From Bacteroidales bacterium (GTDB taxonomy: Bacteria > Bacteroidota > Bacteroidia > Bacteroidales > GCA-2711565): a DNA stretch of 64,000 nt. The stretch lies in NCBI GenBank assembly GCA_963678785.1, contig OY787449.1:2783835-2847834 (forward strand), given 5' to 3'. The notes under the pieces were generated by a model that was not told the origin of the DNA, searched no databases, and worked only from the letters and a program-made list of their open reading frames with translations. Below, one piece after another: positions 18,815-28,945 of the stretch. The number at the start of each line of letters is the position of its first letter. The stretch's first letter is position 1. The position numbers were made by a program, and so were the translations under genes.

Positions 18815-19927
18815 TTGGTCCATCAATATCTGAGCATTTTTCCTGTTTGAATAAAGGTCGGTTAATACGGCCTTTCTGTTTGTAATTTGTGATTCCTGAA
18901 ATTCATCATTCATCTTTGCATTCATAATCTGAATAATTTCCTCAGCTGTTTGGGCCTTTATGCAGAGTTGCTCAAGATTGGTTCCTTCAAACATTTTTGA
19001 ATTTGCAATACAAAATCTGCCTTTACTTAATGCGTGAAGTAATTTTAGCTTTAAACCTGTGGCCTGAAAAGTAATCATCAGGTTAAATTGTGCTTTGCGG
19101 ATTAAATCAAAAAGCTCATCATCCTTGGGATTGGCAATGAGGCTGATTTTAGGATTTTTTGATGCGAGTTCAAAAAGATGTTTGTCTGGATTAAGTCCTG
19201 CTATTTTTAATGGGAAATCAGTTTTACTAAACACTTCCTGAATCAGAAACTTGGCCACTTTTATGTTTTCAGCAACACTTAAATTTCCGTGATAAAGTGC
19301 ATATTCGCCTTTCCCGCTCAAAATATTGGATTCGATGTCCTCAAAAAACCCGGGTAGTAAAATGGTTTTTTTATCCGGAAATTGGGTCTGAAAATAAGAC
19401 TGATCTTTTTTTGTGATGGGCAGAATTAAATCAGCATGCTTAATTTTTTTTTCGTAAAGTTTAAGCTTTAAGGATTCTGCAAGAAAATAAAACCGATCGG
19501 TTTTTGAAGAAGCCTTAAACAGGTTCCAATAATACTGATGCTCAACATTCGCAGGGCGAAATAGCTTTAATCTGGATTTTAGTTTTGGGTGACTCATGAA
19601 AGCGCTGCAGTGAATTCCTTCAAATAAAACGGGGAAATTGTTTTTGAGCAGATTGTGAAGCAATTCATTTGATTCGCGACTTTTAACGATGTACGGGCTC
19701 AGGCTGAAAGCTGAAAATAAAGACGTTTTCCTTTTGTAATAATGAATACTTTCGCAAAGCTCATTCAATTTTGGATGGGGCTTACGGCTTGAATAAAAGC
19801 TGTGTAAATGGATTTTAACGCCACATTGGTATAAGGCCTTGATTTTGTAATATACATCAATTACACCTCCGTAATTTGCGGGAAACGGAACATCAAAAGA
19901 GACGATGTTTAATTGTTTAATCGACAT
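18806..19927 (-). CDS. glycosyltransferase (GT-B, group 1-like)
   Basis: 373 aa. The N-terminus VSFDVPFPANYGGVIDVYYK is typical of a Bacteroidota GT1-like family. The call rests on family resemblance only. Confidence 0.6.
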   Translation of the reverse strand: MSIKQLNIVSFDVPFPANYGGVIDVYYKIKALYQCGVKIHLHSFYSSRKPHPKLNELCESIHYYKRKTSLFSAFSLSPYIVKSRESNELLHNLLKNNFPVLFEGIHCSAFMSHPKLKSRLKLFRPANVEHQYYWNLFKASSKTDRFYFLAESLKLKLYEKKIKHADLILPITKKDQSYFQTQFPDKKTILLPGFFEDIESNILSGKGEYALYHGNLSVAENIKVAKFLIQEVFSKTDFPLKIAGLNPDKHLFELASKNPKISLIANPKDDELFDLIRKAQFNLMITFQATGLKLKLLHALSKGRFCIANSKMFEGTNLEQLCIKAQTAEEIIQIMNAKMNDEFQESQITNRKAVLTDLYSNRKNAQILMDQLF

Positions 19928-21035
19928 ATTCTTTAAAGATGTTAATTAAGTTCTTTTTTTCATTTTCCCAACTAAGTTCATCAGAAGCAATGAGGGTATT
20001 TAGTTTGTACTTTTCTAATCTATTTGTATCTGAAAGCAAATTATTTATTTTATCGGCAATGTGTTCTGGTCGGTGGTTTTCGATGCATTCGCCAATTTGA
20101 TATTGATCAATAATCTGTTTGATTTCTATTAATGGCGATGCCAATATTGGAATACTTGCATGGATGTAATCAAATAATTTATTAGGCAAACTTAATTCAT
20201 AATTGAGGTTAGTGCTTTTATCTAAACTAATTCCCAAATCTGCAAGACGGGTGTATTGTCTAAGCTTTTGAGGTGTTTGTTTCGAGATAAAAAATATTTT
20301 ATCATCTAAACTTAAATTCTGAGTTTTATTTTTAAGTAGAGGCAGCACATCACCATCTCCAACAATTAGCATAATTGCATTTTTAACCAGTTGCATGGCC
20401 TCAACCAGTTCTTCAAGCCCGCGATCCATATTTAATCCAGCCCCTTGAATAATGATCATTTTTTCGCGTTCGGGTAATCCCAATTCGTTTTTTGTTGCTC
20501 TATTGGGAAGCTTGGCTCTCATTGGAATATTTCTGACGACATGAACCTTAATTTTGTATTCATCCTCAAAAAGTTTGGCAATGGATTGGTTAACCGTAAT
20601 CATTTGTTTCATCCTTTTTAAGGCTAACTTTTCAATGCTCTTCCAAACCCTTTTTACATCTTTCCTATTCGCAATTTCAGGCGATTCGGTAAAATATTCA
20701 TGGCTGTCGAAAATGAGTGGAATTCGTTTTGATTTATGAATCACAAAGTTTGCTAAAAGCGTGTCTAAATCATTTGAAACCAAAAGATCAATTTTTTTGA
20801 AGAGTAATTTTAAGTAAAGTCGGATGTTAAATTCCATATAAAACAAAGGTCCTCTTTCAAACAAGAGTTTCATTCTTTGGGTTTGATAGTCTCGCTTATT
20901 TAATACTAAACTATTTTTTTTTATCCGTCCAATTAAAATTACGTCAAAACCCATTTCATGCAGGGTTTGACAGCTACGATGTACACGCTGGTCAGTAACC
21001 AAATCATTAATAACCGAAACAATAACTTTTTTCAT
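19917..21035 (-). CDS. glycosyltransferase family 4/1 (GT-B)
   Basis: 372 aa with a C-terminal GT1 region (IIQGAGLNMDRGLEELV...LPNKLFDYIHASIPILAS). It overlaps the downstream GT by 11 nt. Confidence 0.7.
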   Translation of the reverse strand: MKKVIVSVINDLVTDQRVHRSCQTLHEMGFDVILIGRIKKNSLVLNKRDYQTQRMKLLFERGPLFYMEFNIRLYLKLLFKKIDLLVSNDLDTLLANFVIHKSKRIPLIFDSHEYFTESPEIANRKDVKRVWKSIEKLALKRMKQMITVNQSIAKLFEDEYKIKVHVVRNIPMRAKLPNRATKNELGLPEREKMIIIQGAGLNMDRGLEELVEAMQLVKNAIMLIVGDGDVLPLLKNKTQNLSLDDKIFFISKQTPQKLRQYTRLADLGISLDKSTNLNYELSLPNKLFDYIHASIPILASPLIEIKQIIDQYQIGECIENHRPEHIADKINNLLSDTNRLEKYKLNTLIASDELSWENEKKNLINIFKEYVD

Positions 21036-21173
21036 GAGCTTTAATATCTAGCTAATTTAAGCTTTCTTGACAATAATTCTTTATGGTTTTTTGATAAAAG
21101 AATATTCAGGATGCCAGCCCTCACGATATATGATTTTAAGTCAGTTTTAAACACATATTCAGTCAAAATAAAT

Positions 21174-21181
21174 TACCTTTG
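21174..21181 (+). promoter_or_regulatory. -7 promoter box TACCTTTG only 10 nt upstream of the murB ATG
   Basis: Matches TAnnTTTG and implies a very short leader. Confidence 0.4.
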
Positions 21182-21191
21182 AAGCAAGCAA

Positions 21192-22211
21192 ATGGCCATG
21201 AAGATTCAATCAAATTATTCCCTAAAAAATAAAAACACATTCAATTTTGAATGCATTGCTTCACATTATGTGGAGGTTAGAAATATAGCTGAAATTCAGG
21301 AACTCATCCAAACGGAAGAATTCAAAAATAAGCAAAGATTTATATTAGGTGGTGGAAGCAATGTCTTATTTACCAAAGATTTTGAAGGTTTGATTATTCA
21401 TCCTGATTTTAAAGGGATTGAAGTGGTTGAAGAAGATGGAGATTCGGTTATTCTGGAGATAGGATCGGCAGAGGTTTGGGAAGATGTTGTAGATCTTACT
21501 GTTAAAAATGGCTGGTCAGGTATTGGGAATTTGGCTGCTATTCCGGGCAGTGTTGGTGCGGCTCCTGTTCAAAATATTGGAGCTTATGGTGTAGAATTAA
21601 AAGATGTTTTTTTGTCATTGTCGGCAATAAATTTATTGGATGGTTCCGAAAAGAAATTTCACAAGGATGATTGTAAATTTGGATACAGAAATAGTGTGTT
21701 TAAGTCTAAATTTAAGAATCAATATCTGATAACTTCTGTGAGGATCAAACTGAGTAAAAATGATAAACCTCAGATAAAATATGAAGCCTTAAGTGCTTAT
21801 TTAGCTGAGGAGAAAATTAAGCCCAGCTTGGAAAGTGTTTATAATGCCATCGTACAAATTAGGGGTTCCAAATTGCCTGATCCCAAATTATTGGGTAATG
21901 CGGGAAGTTTTTTTAAAAATCCGGTCATTAAACCTGATCATTTTGATAAACTAAAGAAGAAATTTCCATTGATAAAATCCTATCCTCAATCCAACGGGAA
22001 TCAAAAAATAGCTGCTGGTTGGCTGGTAGAAAGTTGTGGCTGGAAGGGAAAAAAGTATCATGGTGTTGGAGTTCATAAAAACCAGGCTTTGGTGCTTGTT
22101 AATTTTGGTGCAGGCCAGGGAGCAGACGTTTATGCCCTGGCTGAATTGATCATGAAAAGTGTTTACGAAGAATTCGGTATTCAATTAGAATCAGAAGTAA
22201 ATATTCTTTAA
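21192..22211 (+). CDS. murB: UDP-N-acetylenolpyruvoylglucosamine reductase
   Basis: 339 aa with FAD-binding domain GGGSNVLF and a C-terminal MurB domain (AGWLVESCGWKG). Confidence 0.95.
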   Translation: MAMKIQSNYSLKNKNTFNFECIASHYVEVRNIAEIQELIQTEEFKNKQRFILGGGSNVLFTKDFEGLIIHPDFKGIEVVEEDGDSVILEIGSAEVWEDVVDLTVKNGWSGIGNLAAIPGSVGAAPVQNIGAYGVELKDVFLSLSAINLLDGSEKKFHKDDCKFGYRNSVFKSKFKNQYLITSVRIKLSKNDKPQIKYEALSAYLAEEKIKPSLESVYNAIVQIRGSKLPDPKLLGNAGSFFKNPVIKPDHFDKLKKKFPLIKSYPQSNGNQKIAAGWLVESCGWKGKKYHGVGVHKNQALVLVNFGAGQGADVYALAELIMKSVYEEFGIQLESEVNIL

Positions 22212-22286
22212 TTTTCTTACCCATTATTGAATTCCATATAGATAATACTTATATTTGTTTAAGACAGTATTCATCTGATCCTGGAG

Positions 22287-22598
22287 ATGCAAAAAATCTA
22301 TGTCATATTTAGAAATAATCTGGAGTTGAGCTTTTGGTTACTAGCTGTTGTTTTGCTGGCATTTTCAAATCCGCAGGAAGAACATTACAGCTTGTGTTTA
22401 TTCCATCATATAGGTCTTCCATTCTGCCCCGGTTGTGGTATTGGACATTCCATATCATTCTTGTTTCATGGCAGATTCATGGATTCTTTTCATGCTCACC
22501 CTCTGGGAGTTTTTGCTCTTGTGATTATGTTATATAGAATTATACAACTTACTGTTTTAAAAAAATCTAACCCTTATAAACTTACAAACCATGGCTAG
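22287..22598 (+). CDS. DUF2752-like small membrane protein
   Basis: 103 aa with a CPGCGIGHS motif and two or three TM helices. Confidence 0.7.
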   Translation: MQKIYVIFRNNLELSFWLLAVVLLAFSNPQEEHYSLCLFHHIGLPFCPGCGIGHSISFLFHGRFMDSFHAHPLGVFALVIMLYRIIQLTVLKKSNPYKLTNHG

Positions 22599-22935
22599 TA
22601 TCCTTCAATTTATGCCCGAATTAAGTGGGTTCGAACTGCAATATGTTCAATCAATTACCAGTGATTATGATGAAGATAAGTTGCTGAATTTTGCTAATAT
22701 TTATCGCGCACGTCGTAAAGATCCACAGTTAATTTTGCTTACAACTCTATTAGGCTTTGTTGTTATTGCTGGTGTGCAAAGATTCTTGGTTGGACAAATT
22801 GGAATGGGAATATTGTACCTTTTTACTGGCGGACTTTGTTTAATAGGTACTATTGTTGATTTAATCAATTATCAGGACTTGGCTTTCCAATACAACCAGA
22901 AAGTAGCCAATGAAGTGAAGATGTATATGAATTAA
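22591..22935 (+). CDS. TM2 domain-containing membrane protein
   Basis: 114 aa. Two TM helices with [21 protein letters not shown] are typical of the TM2 domain. It overlaps the upstream gene by 8 nt. Confidence 0.75.
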   Translation: MASILQFMPELSGFELQYVQSITSDYDEDKLLNFANIYRARRKDPQLILLTTLLGFVVIAGVQRFLVGQIGMGILYLFTGGLCLIGTIVDLINYQDLAFQYNQKVANEVKMYMN

Positions 22936-23849
22936 GCTTCTAATTCCATGGCGCCAATCAAATCTTTGAAGTCAGAAATTTTGTAACGTTCACAATATTC
23001 AGTGATTCCTTCTAAAACTTTAATCGAAACTTGAGGATCGATAAAATTGGCTGTACCAATTTGAATGGCTGAAGATCCGGCAAGCATAAATTCAATGGCG
23101 TCATTGGCATTCATAATTCCACCCATTCCAATAATGGGGATTTTTACGGCATTATAAACCTGCCATACCATCCTTACTGCAACGGGTTTTACGGCTGGTC
23201 CCGACAATCCACCGGTAATGGTAGATAAAATAGGTTTTCGTGTTTTGGTATCAATGGCCATGCCCAGGAGAGTATTTATGAGCGACAGTGCATCTGCACC
23301 TGCTCCTTCAACACCTTTAGCAATTTCAGTGATGTCTGTAACATTCGGTGAAAGTTTTACAATAAGTGTTTTTTTGTAAACTTCACGAATGGCTTTGGTA
23401 ACGGCAATAGCTGATGGACAGCTGATTCCGAATGCCATTCCGCCTTCTTTTACATTGGGACAGGAAATGTTTAATTCAATGGATTTAATTCCATCAATTT
23501 CATTTAGTTTTTCAGCTACTTCAATATAATCTTCAACAGTTGAACCATTGATGTTGGGAATTATTTGAGTATTATATTTTTTAATTCTTGGATAAATGGT
23601 ATTGATAAAATAATCAATTCCTTTGTTTTGAAGGCCCACAGCATTTAGCATTCCTGATGGTGTTTCGGCCATGCGGGGATAAGGATTTCCTTCTCTGTTA
23701 TGCAGTGTAAGACCTTTAACAAAAATGCCTCCCAAGCGATTTAAGTCAATAAAATCTTCAAATTCTTCTCCAAATCCAAAGGTTCCGGATGCAGTTGTAA
23801 CCGGGTTTTGTAGTTCTAAATCGTGAATCTTAACAGCTAAATCTACCAT
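22932..23849 (-). CDS. pyrD: dihydroorotate dehydrogenase class 1B, catalytic subunit
   Basis: 305 aa with active-site motif [13 protein letters not shown] and an FMN-binding C-terminus (IGMGGI). Confidence 0.95.
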   Translation of the reverse strand: MVDLAVKIHDLELQNPVTTASGTFGFGEEFEDFIDLNRLGGIFVKGLTLHNREGNPYPRMAETPSGMLNAVGLQNKGIDYFINTIYPRIKKYNTQIIPNINGSTVEDYIEVAEKLNEIDGIKSIELNISCPNVKEGGMAFGISCPSAIAVTKAIREVYKKTLIVKLSPNVTDITEIAKGVEGAGADALSLINTLLGMAIDTKTRKPILSTITGGLSGPAVKPVAVRMVWQVYNAVKIPIIGMGGIMNANDAIEFMLAGSSAIQIGTANFIDPQVSIKVLEGITEYCERYKISDFKDLIGAMELEA

Positions 23850-24607
23850 TTTAAATCATTTACATTAAATACAGGACCTTCAGTACAAACACATTTGTTT
23901 CCTTCGTGGGTTTCGGTTACACAACAAAGGCAGGCACCAAATCCACAGGCCATGGTGTTTTCTAGCGAAACTTCGCAAGGAATTTTATTTTCTTGAGCAA
24001 TTTTCCCGATGGCTTTCATCATGGGGTTGGGCCCACAAGTGTATATTTTTGAAAAATCAGTAACCTGATTAAAAACTGAATGATCAGTCACTCTTCCTTG
24101 CTCACCTAAACTCCCATCTTCAGTTGTAATCAGTACATTTCCGTACTTCTTAAAGTCATCAACAAGGTGAATGTCGTTGGCAGTTCTGCCGCCGAGTAGG
24201 TAGGTAATTTCAACTCCAGAATTTTTTAATTCTTTTCCTAATAGGATGAGTGGAGCAATTCCTGAACCTCCGCCAATGACCAGTGCTTTGCCTTTTATAT
24301 CTGTTTTATAGGAATTTCCCAATGGATAAATGATGTTTACATTATCACCGCTTTTTACTTCTTGCAGCAAAGCAGTTCCTTTACCAATGATTTTGATAAA
24401 GAAGCTGATGAGATTGTTTTTGTAATCTACATCATAAACAGAAAGAGGTCTTCTCAGAAAAACATCGGGTGTATTGTCAATGCGAATTTCCGCAAAGTTA
24501 CCGGCTAAAATATTTACAGGAGATTGTGGGCATTTCAATTCAAGAATGTAAGTGTCCTTGTTTAGGTTAACTACTTTATGAACGGTACAATCTTGTATTT
24601 GCTTCAT
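23843..24607 (-). CDS. pyrK: dihydroorotate dehydrogenase class 1B, electron transfer subunit
   Basis: 254 aa with RPLSV FAD motif, GGGSGIAPL, and C-terminal 2Fe-2S Cys cluster CGFGACLCC. It overlaps pyrD by 7 nt. Confidence 0.9.
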   Translation of the reverse strand: MKQIQDCTVHKVVNLNKDTYILELKCPQSPVNILAGNFAEIRIDNTPDVFLRRPLSVYDVDYKNNLISFFIKIIGKGTALLQEVKSGDNVNIIYPLGNSYKTDIKGKALVIGGGSGIAPLILLGKELKNSGVEITYLLGGRTANDIHLVDDFKKYGNVLITTEDGSLGEQGRVTDHSVFNQVTDFSKIYTCGPNPMMKAIGKIAQENKIPCEVSLENTMACGFGACLCCVTETHEGNKCVCTEGPVFNVNDLKW

Positions 24608-24662
24608 AATTATTGCTTAAAAAAAATCCGTCAATCGACGGATTTAATATGTTTCTTTAATT

Positions 24663-25118
24663 TTATTTTTCAACGGCATCAGTAGATTCTGCATCACTTG
24701 AAGATTGGTTGGGATTTTCTTCTTCAACTTCATCTTCAAAGTTTAGCATTTCTTTTTCTGCAAGTAAATTATACCATTGGATTACCTTTTTGATGTCCGA
24801 AACATATACTCGTTCAGTATCATAATCCGGAACAATTTCCTCAAAAGTTGACTTAAGTATCTTGTTGTCAGATTTATGGCTGATGCTTTTTTGGCCATCA
24901 TATTTGTCATAAAAGCTCTTGAACACCTCTTTTAAAGGAATGTCTTCATTTTCTGAAAAGATACTGATTTCTTCAAGAGAACTCATTCTTTCATTTGAAA
25001 AAGCCGTGATACGCTTCTTGTCTATAATAGACTCCACAACAATTCCATTTTTCGTTTGAGCGATGACTTTGAAAAGTCCTGGCTTTCCGGTAATTGATAA
25101 AATTTCTTTTAAATCCAT
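24663..25118 (-). CDS. conserved hypothetical protein (DUF5606-like)
   Basis: Start moved to the ATG at 25118 (MDLKEILSITGKPGLFKV...). The ORF-track start is an upstream TTG. Acidic C-terminal tail. Family name is from memory. Confidence 0.6.
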   Translation of the reverse strand: MDLKEILSITGKPGLFKVIAQTKNGIVVESIIDKKRITAFSNERMSSLEEISIFSENEDIPLKEVFKSFYDKYDGQKSISHKSDNKILKSTFEEIVPDYDTERVYVSDIKKVIQWYNLLAEKEMLNFEDEVEEENPNQSSSDAESTDAVEK

Positions 25119-25357
25119 ATATAAAATTTTGTGCAAAAATAGGAATAATTATTAAAGTAGTATCAGTACTTAATTGATGTTAACACATTTTTCAGTTAAA
25201 TAGAAATATTCTTAAATACTAAGAGCGGTGAATATAAAACATACGAATCCTAATAATTTATATACCAACGGAATGAGAAGATGGATTCAAATTTCGGCAA
25301 AAGTTGTAATTTAGTTCTTCACTAATTAGAACCATTAAGAATTAAATTTTGATTAAC

Positions 25358-28000
25358 ATGTTCAGGAAAATAATACTAAAATCGGCATTTACAATTATTG
25401 CAAGTTTATTTATTGTTATTGCATTAAATGCTCAATCAATAACCAAGCCCGAAGATTATCTGGGTTTCAAACCAGGTGCTGATTTTCATCTGGCAAATTA
25501 TGAACAAGCCATTGGTTATTTTGAGAAGATCGCTGGTCAATCAGATCGAATGCAGATTTTTGATATGGGTGAAACTTCAGAAGGAAGACGTCAGAAATAT
25601 GCCATCATTTCTTCTGCTGAAAATATGTCGAACCTTGAAAAATATCGTTTGATCAACGAGCAATTAACGATGAGCAGAGGCATTGATAAAGCAAAAGCTG
25701 AAATATTAGCAGATGAAGGAAAAGCAATTGTTTGGATTGATTGTGGATTGCATGCAACTGAAGCCTCTCCGGCTCAACATGCCTTGCAGCTTGCTTACGA
25801 CATCGTTTCTGGTGAGGATCGTAAAACAAAATCCATTCGCGAAAATGTGATCTTTCTTTTGGTTTTTGCCAATCCTGATGGCCTGACCATGATTTCGGAT
25901 TGGTATATGAAAAACGTGAATACCAAATACGAAAAAGCACGATTACCTGAATTGTATATGAAGTATTCAGGTCACGATAACAATCGTGATTCATACATCG
26001 CCAATCTAAAAGAAATTCAAAATATGAACAGGATTACCTGCCAGGTTTGGTATCCTGAGATCCTTTATAATTTACACGAAACGGCACCTTTTCCTGCCCG
26101 TATTTGGTTGCCACCAGAAGTAGAGCCATTGAATCCCAATGTACATCCAATTATTGTTCGTTGGAAAAATCTCATTGGTGGAGCAATGGGTAAATCATTT
26201 GCAGAAGAAAACAAACCAGGTGCCATTTCACGCGTTCATTTTGACAGTTGGTACCCTGGTTATGTTACTCAGTTTGTAGATGGGCATAACATTCCATCTA
26301 TATTAACTGAGACTGCAAATTTTGGTTTGGCCACTCCTAATTTTTATACCATTAACGAATTCCCGGAGGCGTTTAAAGACCTGACCAAGGGTGTTTTTTA
26401 TCCCAATCCTTGGGAAGGCGGATGGTGGCGTTTGGGTGATGCTGTTGCTTATAACTTAACAGCTTCAAAAGCCGTATTAGAAACTGCTGCAAAATATAAG
26501 CATGAGTTCTTGTTTAATAAGTGGAAAATGGCTGCTGATGTGATTGAGAAATTCAATAATGAACCACCTTATGGCTGGATTATTCCGTTAGAACAAAAAG
26601 ATGAACATTCAACCGTTTTAATGTTGAACCGATTTATATTGAATGGTGTTGAGATTTATACGGCTGATGAAGCATTTGAACACAACGGGATTAAGTATTC
26701 AAAAGGATCATACATTCTTCCTACATCTCAACCATTTGGGTATTTTGCAAAAAACATCATGGAACGTCAGGAATACCCTAATTTGAAAAAATACACCCAT
26801 TTATGGCAAGGAGTTGTGGGCAGGGTTAAAACAACAAAAGACCCTATTCGATCGTATGATGCAGCAGGCTGGACCCTTCCTTTACAAATGGGAGTGAAGT
26901 ATAAAGCGATGAGTTCGCCTTTATCCGTTAAAAAAACCCGACAAACTGAAATACTTGCAGAAAAGGGAGAAATTAAACAAAGTGGAAGCCATTATGTGCT
27001 TTCTCATTCAGATAATGGAAACTTCATTACCATCAATAAAATAATGGACGCCGGTGGTAAGGTTGGATATGCCAAAAAAGCTTTTACTCTTGGGGGTAAG
27101 AAGTTTGAAGCGGGGACTTTCACTATCGAAGCAAGTTCAATCAATGTTCAAACATTAAGAAATATCGTAAAAGAAACTGATGCCAAATTAATAGGTGGTA
27201 GGGTTACTGTTGGAGTTACGCCTTATAAAAAAGCCAGGGTTGCATTATACAAAAGCTGGAGAGCCAGTATGGATGCAGGTTGGATTTCGTTGGTGCTCGA
27301 TCGATATGGTTTTAGCTATAAAAACCTTGTGGATGCTGAAATAAGAGCAGGGGAATTAATTGATCGTTATGATGTAATTATTCTGCCGGATATGCGAAAA
27401 GGTACAATTGTTACCGGGATGCCAAAGATGTCAACACTTCCTGATTATGTGGGTGGTATGACAATGCATGGAGTTGATAATCTAAAAGAGTTTGTTAAAA
27501 AAGGTGGAGTACTGGTATGTAATAAGAGCTCATCAGATTTTGCCATCGAACAATTTGATATTCCTTTAACCAGTACAATTAAAGGAGTTAAACCTTCGGA
27601 GTTTAATTGTCCCGGTTCTATTTTAAAAATGAAATACAATACTTCTCATCCTGTAGCATTTGGTATGCCTGAAGATGGATTGGCTTGGGTATCTGGAGCT
27701 GCTTCTTTTAAAATGATTCCAGACACCGTTAAGGTGGCCGATGCTAAAGCTGCAAAATCAGCAAAAGCAAAACCAAAGTTGATTGAAAAGGAAATGAAAT
27801 ATAAAGTTATAGCTTCTTATCCTGATGAATCGTTGCTATTGAGTGGAATGATTTATGGCGAAGAATACATCAAAAAACAGACAACTGTGCTTGAAGTTCC
27901 GGTTGAAAAAGGGCACTTAATCCTTTTTGGATTTAACTTTCACAACCGAGCTCAGTCGTATGTAACGTTTAAAATGCTGTTTAATAATTTGTATAAATAG
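25358..28000 (+). CDS. M14 family zinc carboxypeptidase-like protein, secreted
   Basis: Start moved to the ATG at 25358 (MFRKIILKSAF...NAQS signal peptide). It has the HATEASPA (HxxE) zinc motif and the GHDNNRD region, plus a large C-terminal extension. Confidence 0.8.
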   Translation: MFRKIILKSAFTIIASLFIVIALNAQSITKPEDYLGFKPGADFHLANYEQAIGYFEKIAGQSDRMQIFDMGETSEGRRQKYAIISSAENMSNLEKYRLINEQLTMSRGIDKAKAEILADEGKAIVWIDCGLHATEASPAQHALQLAYDIVSGEDRKTKSIRENVIFLLVFANPDGLTMISDWYMKNVNTKYEKARLPELYMKYSGHDNNRDSYIANLKEIQNMNRITCQVWYPEILYNLHETAPFPARIWLPPEVEPLNPNVHPIIVRWKNLIGGAMGKSFAEENKPGAISRVHFDSWYPGYVTQFVDGHNIPSILTETANFGLATPNFYTINEFPEAFKDLTKGVFYPNPWEGGWWRLGDAVAYNLTASKAVLETAAKYKHEFLFNKWKMAADVIEKFNNEPPYGWIIPLEQKDEHSTVLMLNRFILNGVEIYTADEAFEHNGIKYSKGSYILPTSQPFGYFAKNIMERQEYPNLKKYTHLWQGVVGRVKTTKDPIRSYDAAGWTLPLQMGVKYKAMSSPLSVKKTRQTEILAEKGEIKQSGSHYVLSHSDNGNFITINKIMDAGGKVGYAKKAFTLGGKKFEAGTFTIEASSINVQTLRNIVKETDAKLIGGRVTVGVTPYKKARVALYKSWRASMDAGWISLVLDRYGFSYKNLVDAEIRAGELIDRYDVIILPDMRKGTIVTGMPKMSTLPDYVGGMTMHGVDNLKEFVKKGGVLVCNKSSSDFAIEQFDIPLTSTIKGVKPSEFNCPGSILKMKYNTSHPVAFGMPEDGLAWVSGAASFKMIPDTVKVADAKAAKSAKAKPKLIEKEMKYKVIASYPDESLLLSGMIYGEEYIKKQTTVLEVPVEKGHLILFGFNFHNRAQSYVTFKMLFNNLYK

Positions 28001-28020
28001 GATTTATTGAATGGAAAGAA

Positions 28021-28065
28021 AAAGGGATGACTCCTTCAAAATTGAAGATGTCGTCCCTTTTTTTT
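28021..28065. terminator. bidirectional terminator hairpin between convergent genes
   Basis: AAAGGGATGAC (28021..28031) pairs with GTCGTCCCTTT (28050..28060). There is an inner CTTCAA/TTGAAG stem, and T-runs on both strands. Confidence 0.7.
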
Positions 28066-28936
28066 ATATGATTTTATAGTTTTTATATTCGCCTATTCGC
28101 CATCCCAAAAACTTCTCCACTTTATGGAGCAATTTCGATTTAAAGCTGAAGTTGCATTGGTTAGGATCGAAGTTTAATTTCCAATTCATTTGGTCGATCC
28201 TATTCTGGATTACTTTTGGATGAGAACCCGAAAATGCTTCTAAAGAATCAATTGCAGAATAATCAAATTCATCAACTTCAGGTATATTATTTTCAATCCA
28301 TTCATCGTCATGATAAAGGGCATTAAAGTTGAGGTGTTTCTGTTGTTGAAATGCAGGGTGTTTTACCCAGCCATAATGATAAATAAAGGCATCAATGGGT
28401 TTTACCCGAATAATCCGATCTCCATTTCTAAACCCCTGAGCATCTCTAAATGAGTTCATCTCTGGTAAATTACGGATGACTCTAATTTCTTTTTTATACC
28501 AGTATCGTGAATTTGCAATATAATCGTATGAGGCATAAAAGTGCTTGTAATTGAAAAGCAAACCCTCTACTTTGGGATCGTCTTTCCATTGAACCATCGC
28601 TTCTTTTATTTTAGGTAAATCCTTTTCATGAACTACTTCATCGCCTTGAACATAAAAAGCCCAGTCACTGTCTTTGGAAATCTCCTTAAGGGCTTTATCA
28701 GTTTCTTGTGCTAAAACCCGACCTCCTTTTCTGAGTTTATCATCCCAAATGGTCTCAATGATTTTTATTTTCGGAGATCGTATGCTTTTAATGAGAGCTA
28801 AAGAATCATCATCTGACTTTCCAACCGCAATTACAAACTCATCACATATTGGTAAAATGGAGGTGATGGCCTCAACAATGGGGTAATCCAATTTAATGGC
28901 GTTGCGAATAAAGCTAAATCCACTAACTTTCATCAA
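28064..28936 (-). CDS. glycosyltransferase family 2-like protein
   Basis: 290 aa. The N-terminal GT-A-like region VSGFSFIRNAIKLDYPIVEAITSILPICDEFVIAVGKSDD is typical of a Bacteroidota GT2-like family. Confidence 0.65.
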   Translation of the reverse strand: MMKVSGFSFIRNAIKLDYPIVEAITSILPICDEFVIAVGKSDDDSLALIKSIRSPKIKIIETIWDDKLRKGGRVLAQETDKALKEISKDSDWAFYVQGDEVVHEKDLPKIKEAMVQWKDDPKVEGLLFNYKHFYASYDYIANSRYWYKKEIRVIRNLPEMNSFRDAQGFRNGDRIIRVKPIDAFIYHYGWVKHPAFQQQKHLNFNALYHDDEWIENNIPEVDEFDYSAIDSLEAFSGSHPKVIQNRIDQMNWKLNFDPNQCNFSFKSKLLHKVEKFLGWRIGEYKNYKII

Positions 28937-28945
28937 ATCTTTATC

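Noticed and set aside
22334-22537. 67-aa same-strand ORF in another frame inside the DUF2752 gene
   Set aside because: It is fully nested in the 103-aa ORF, which carries the family CPGCG motif and TM helices. There is no evidence for dual coding.
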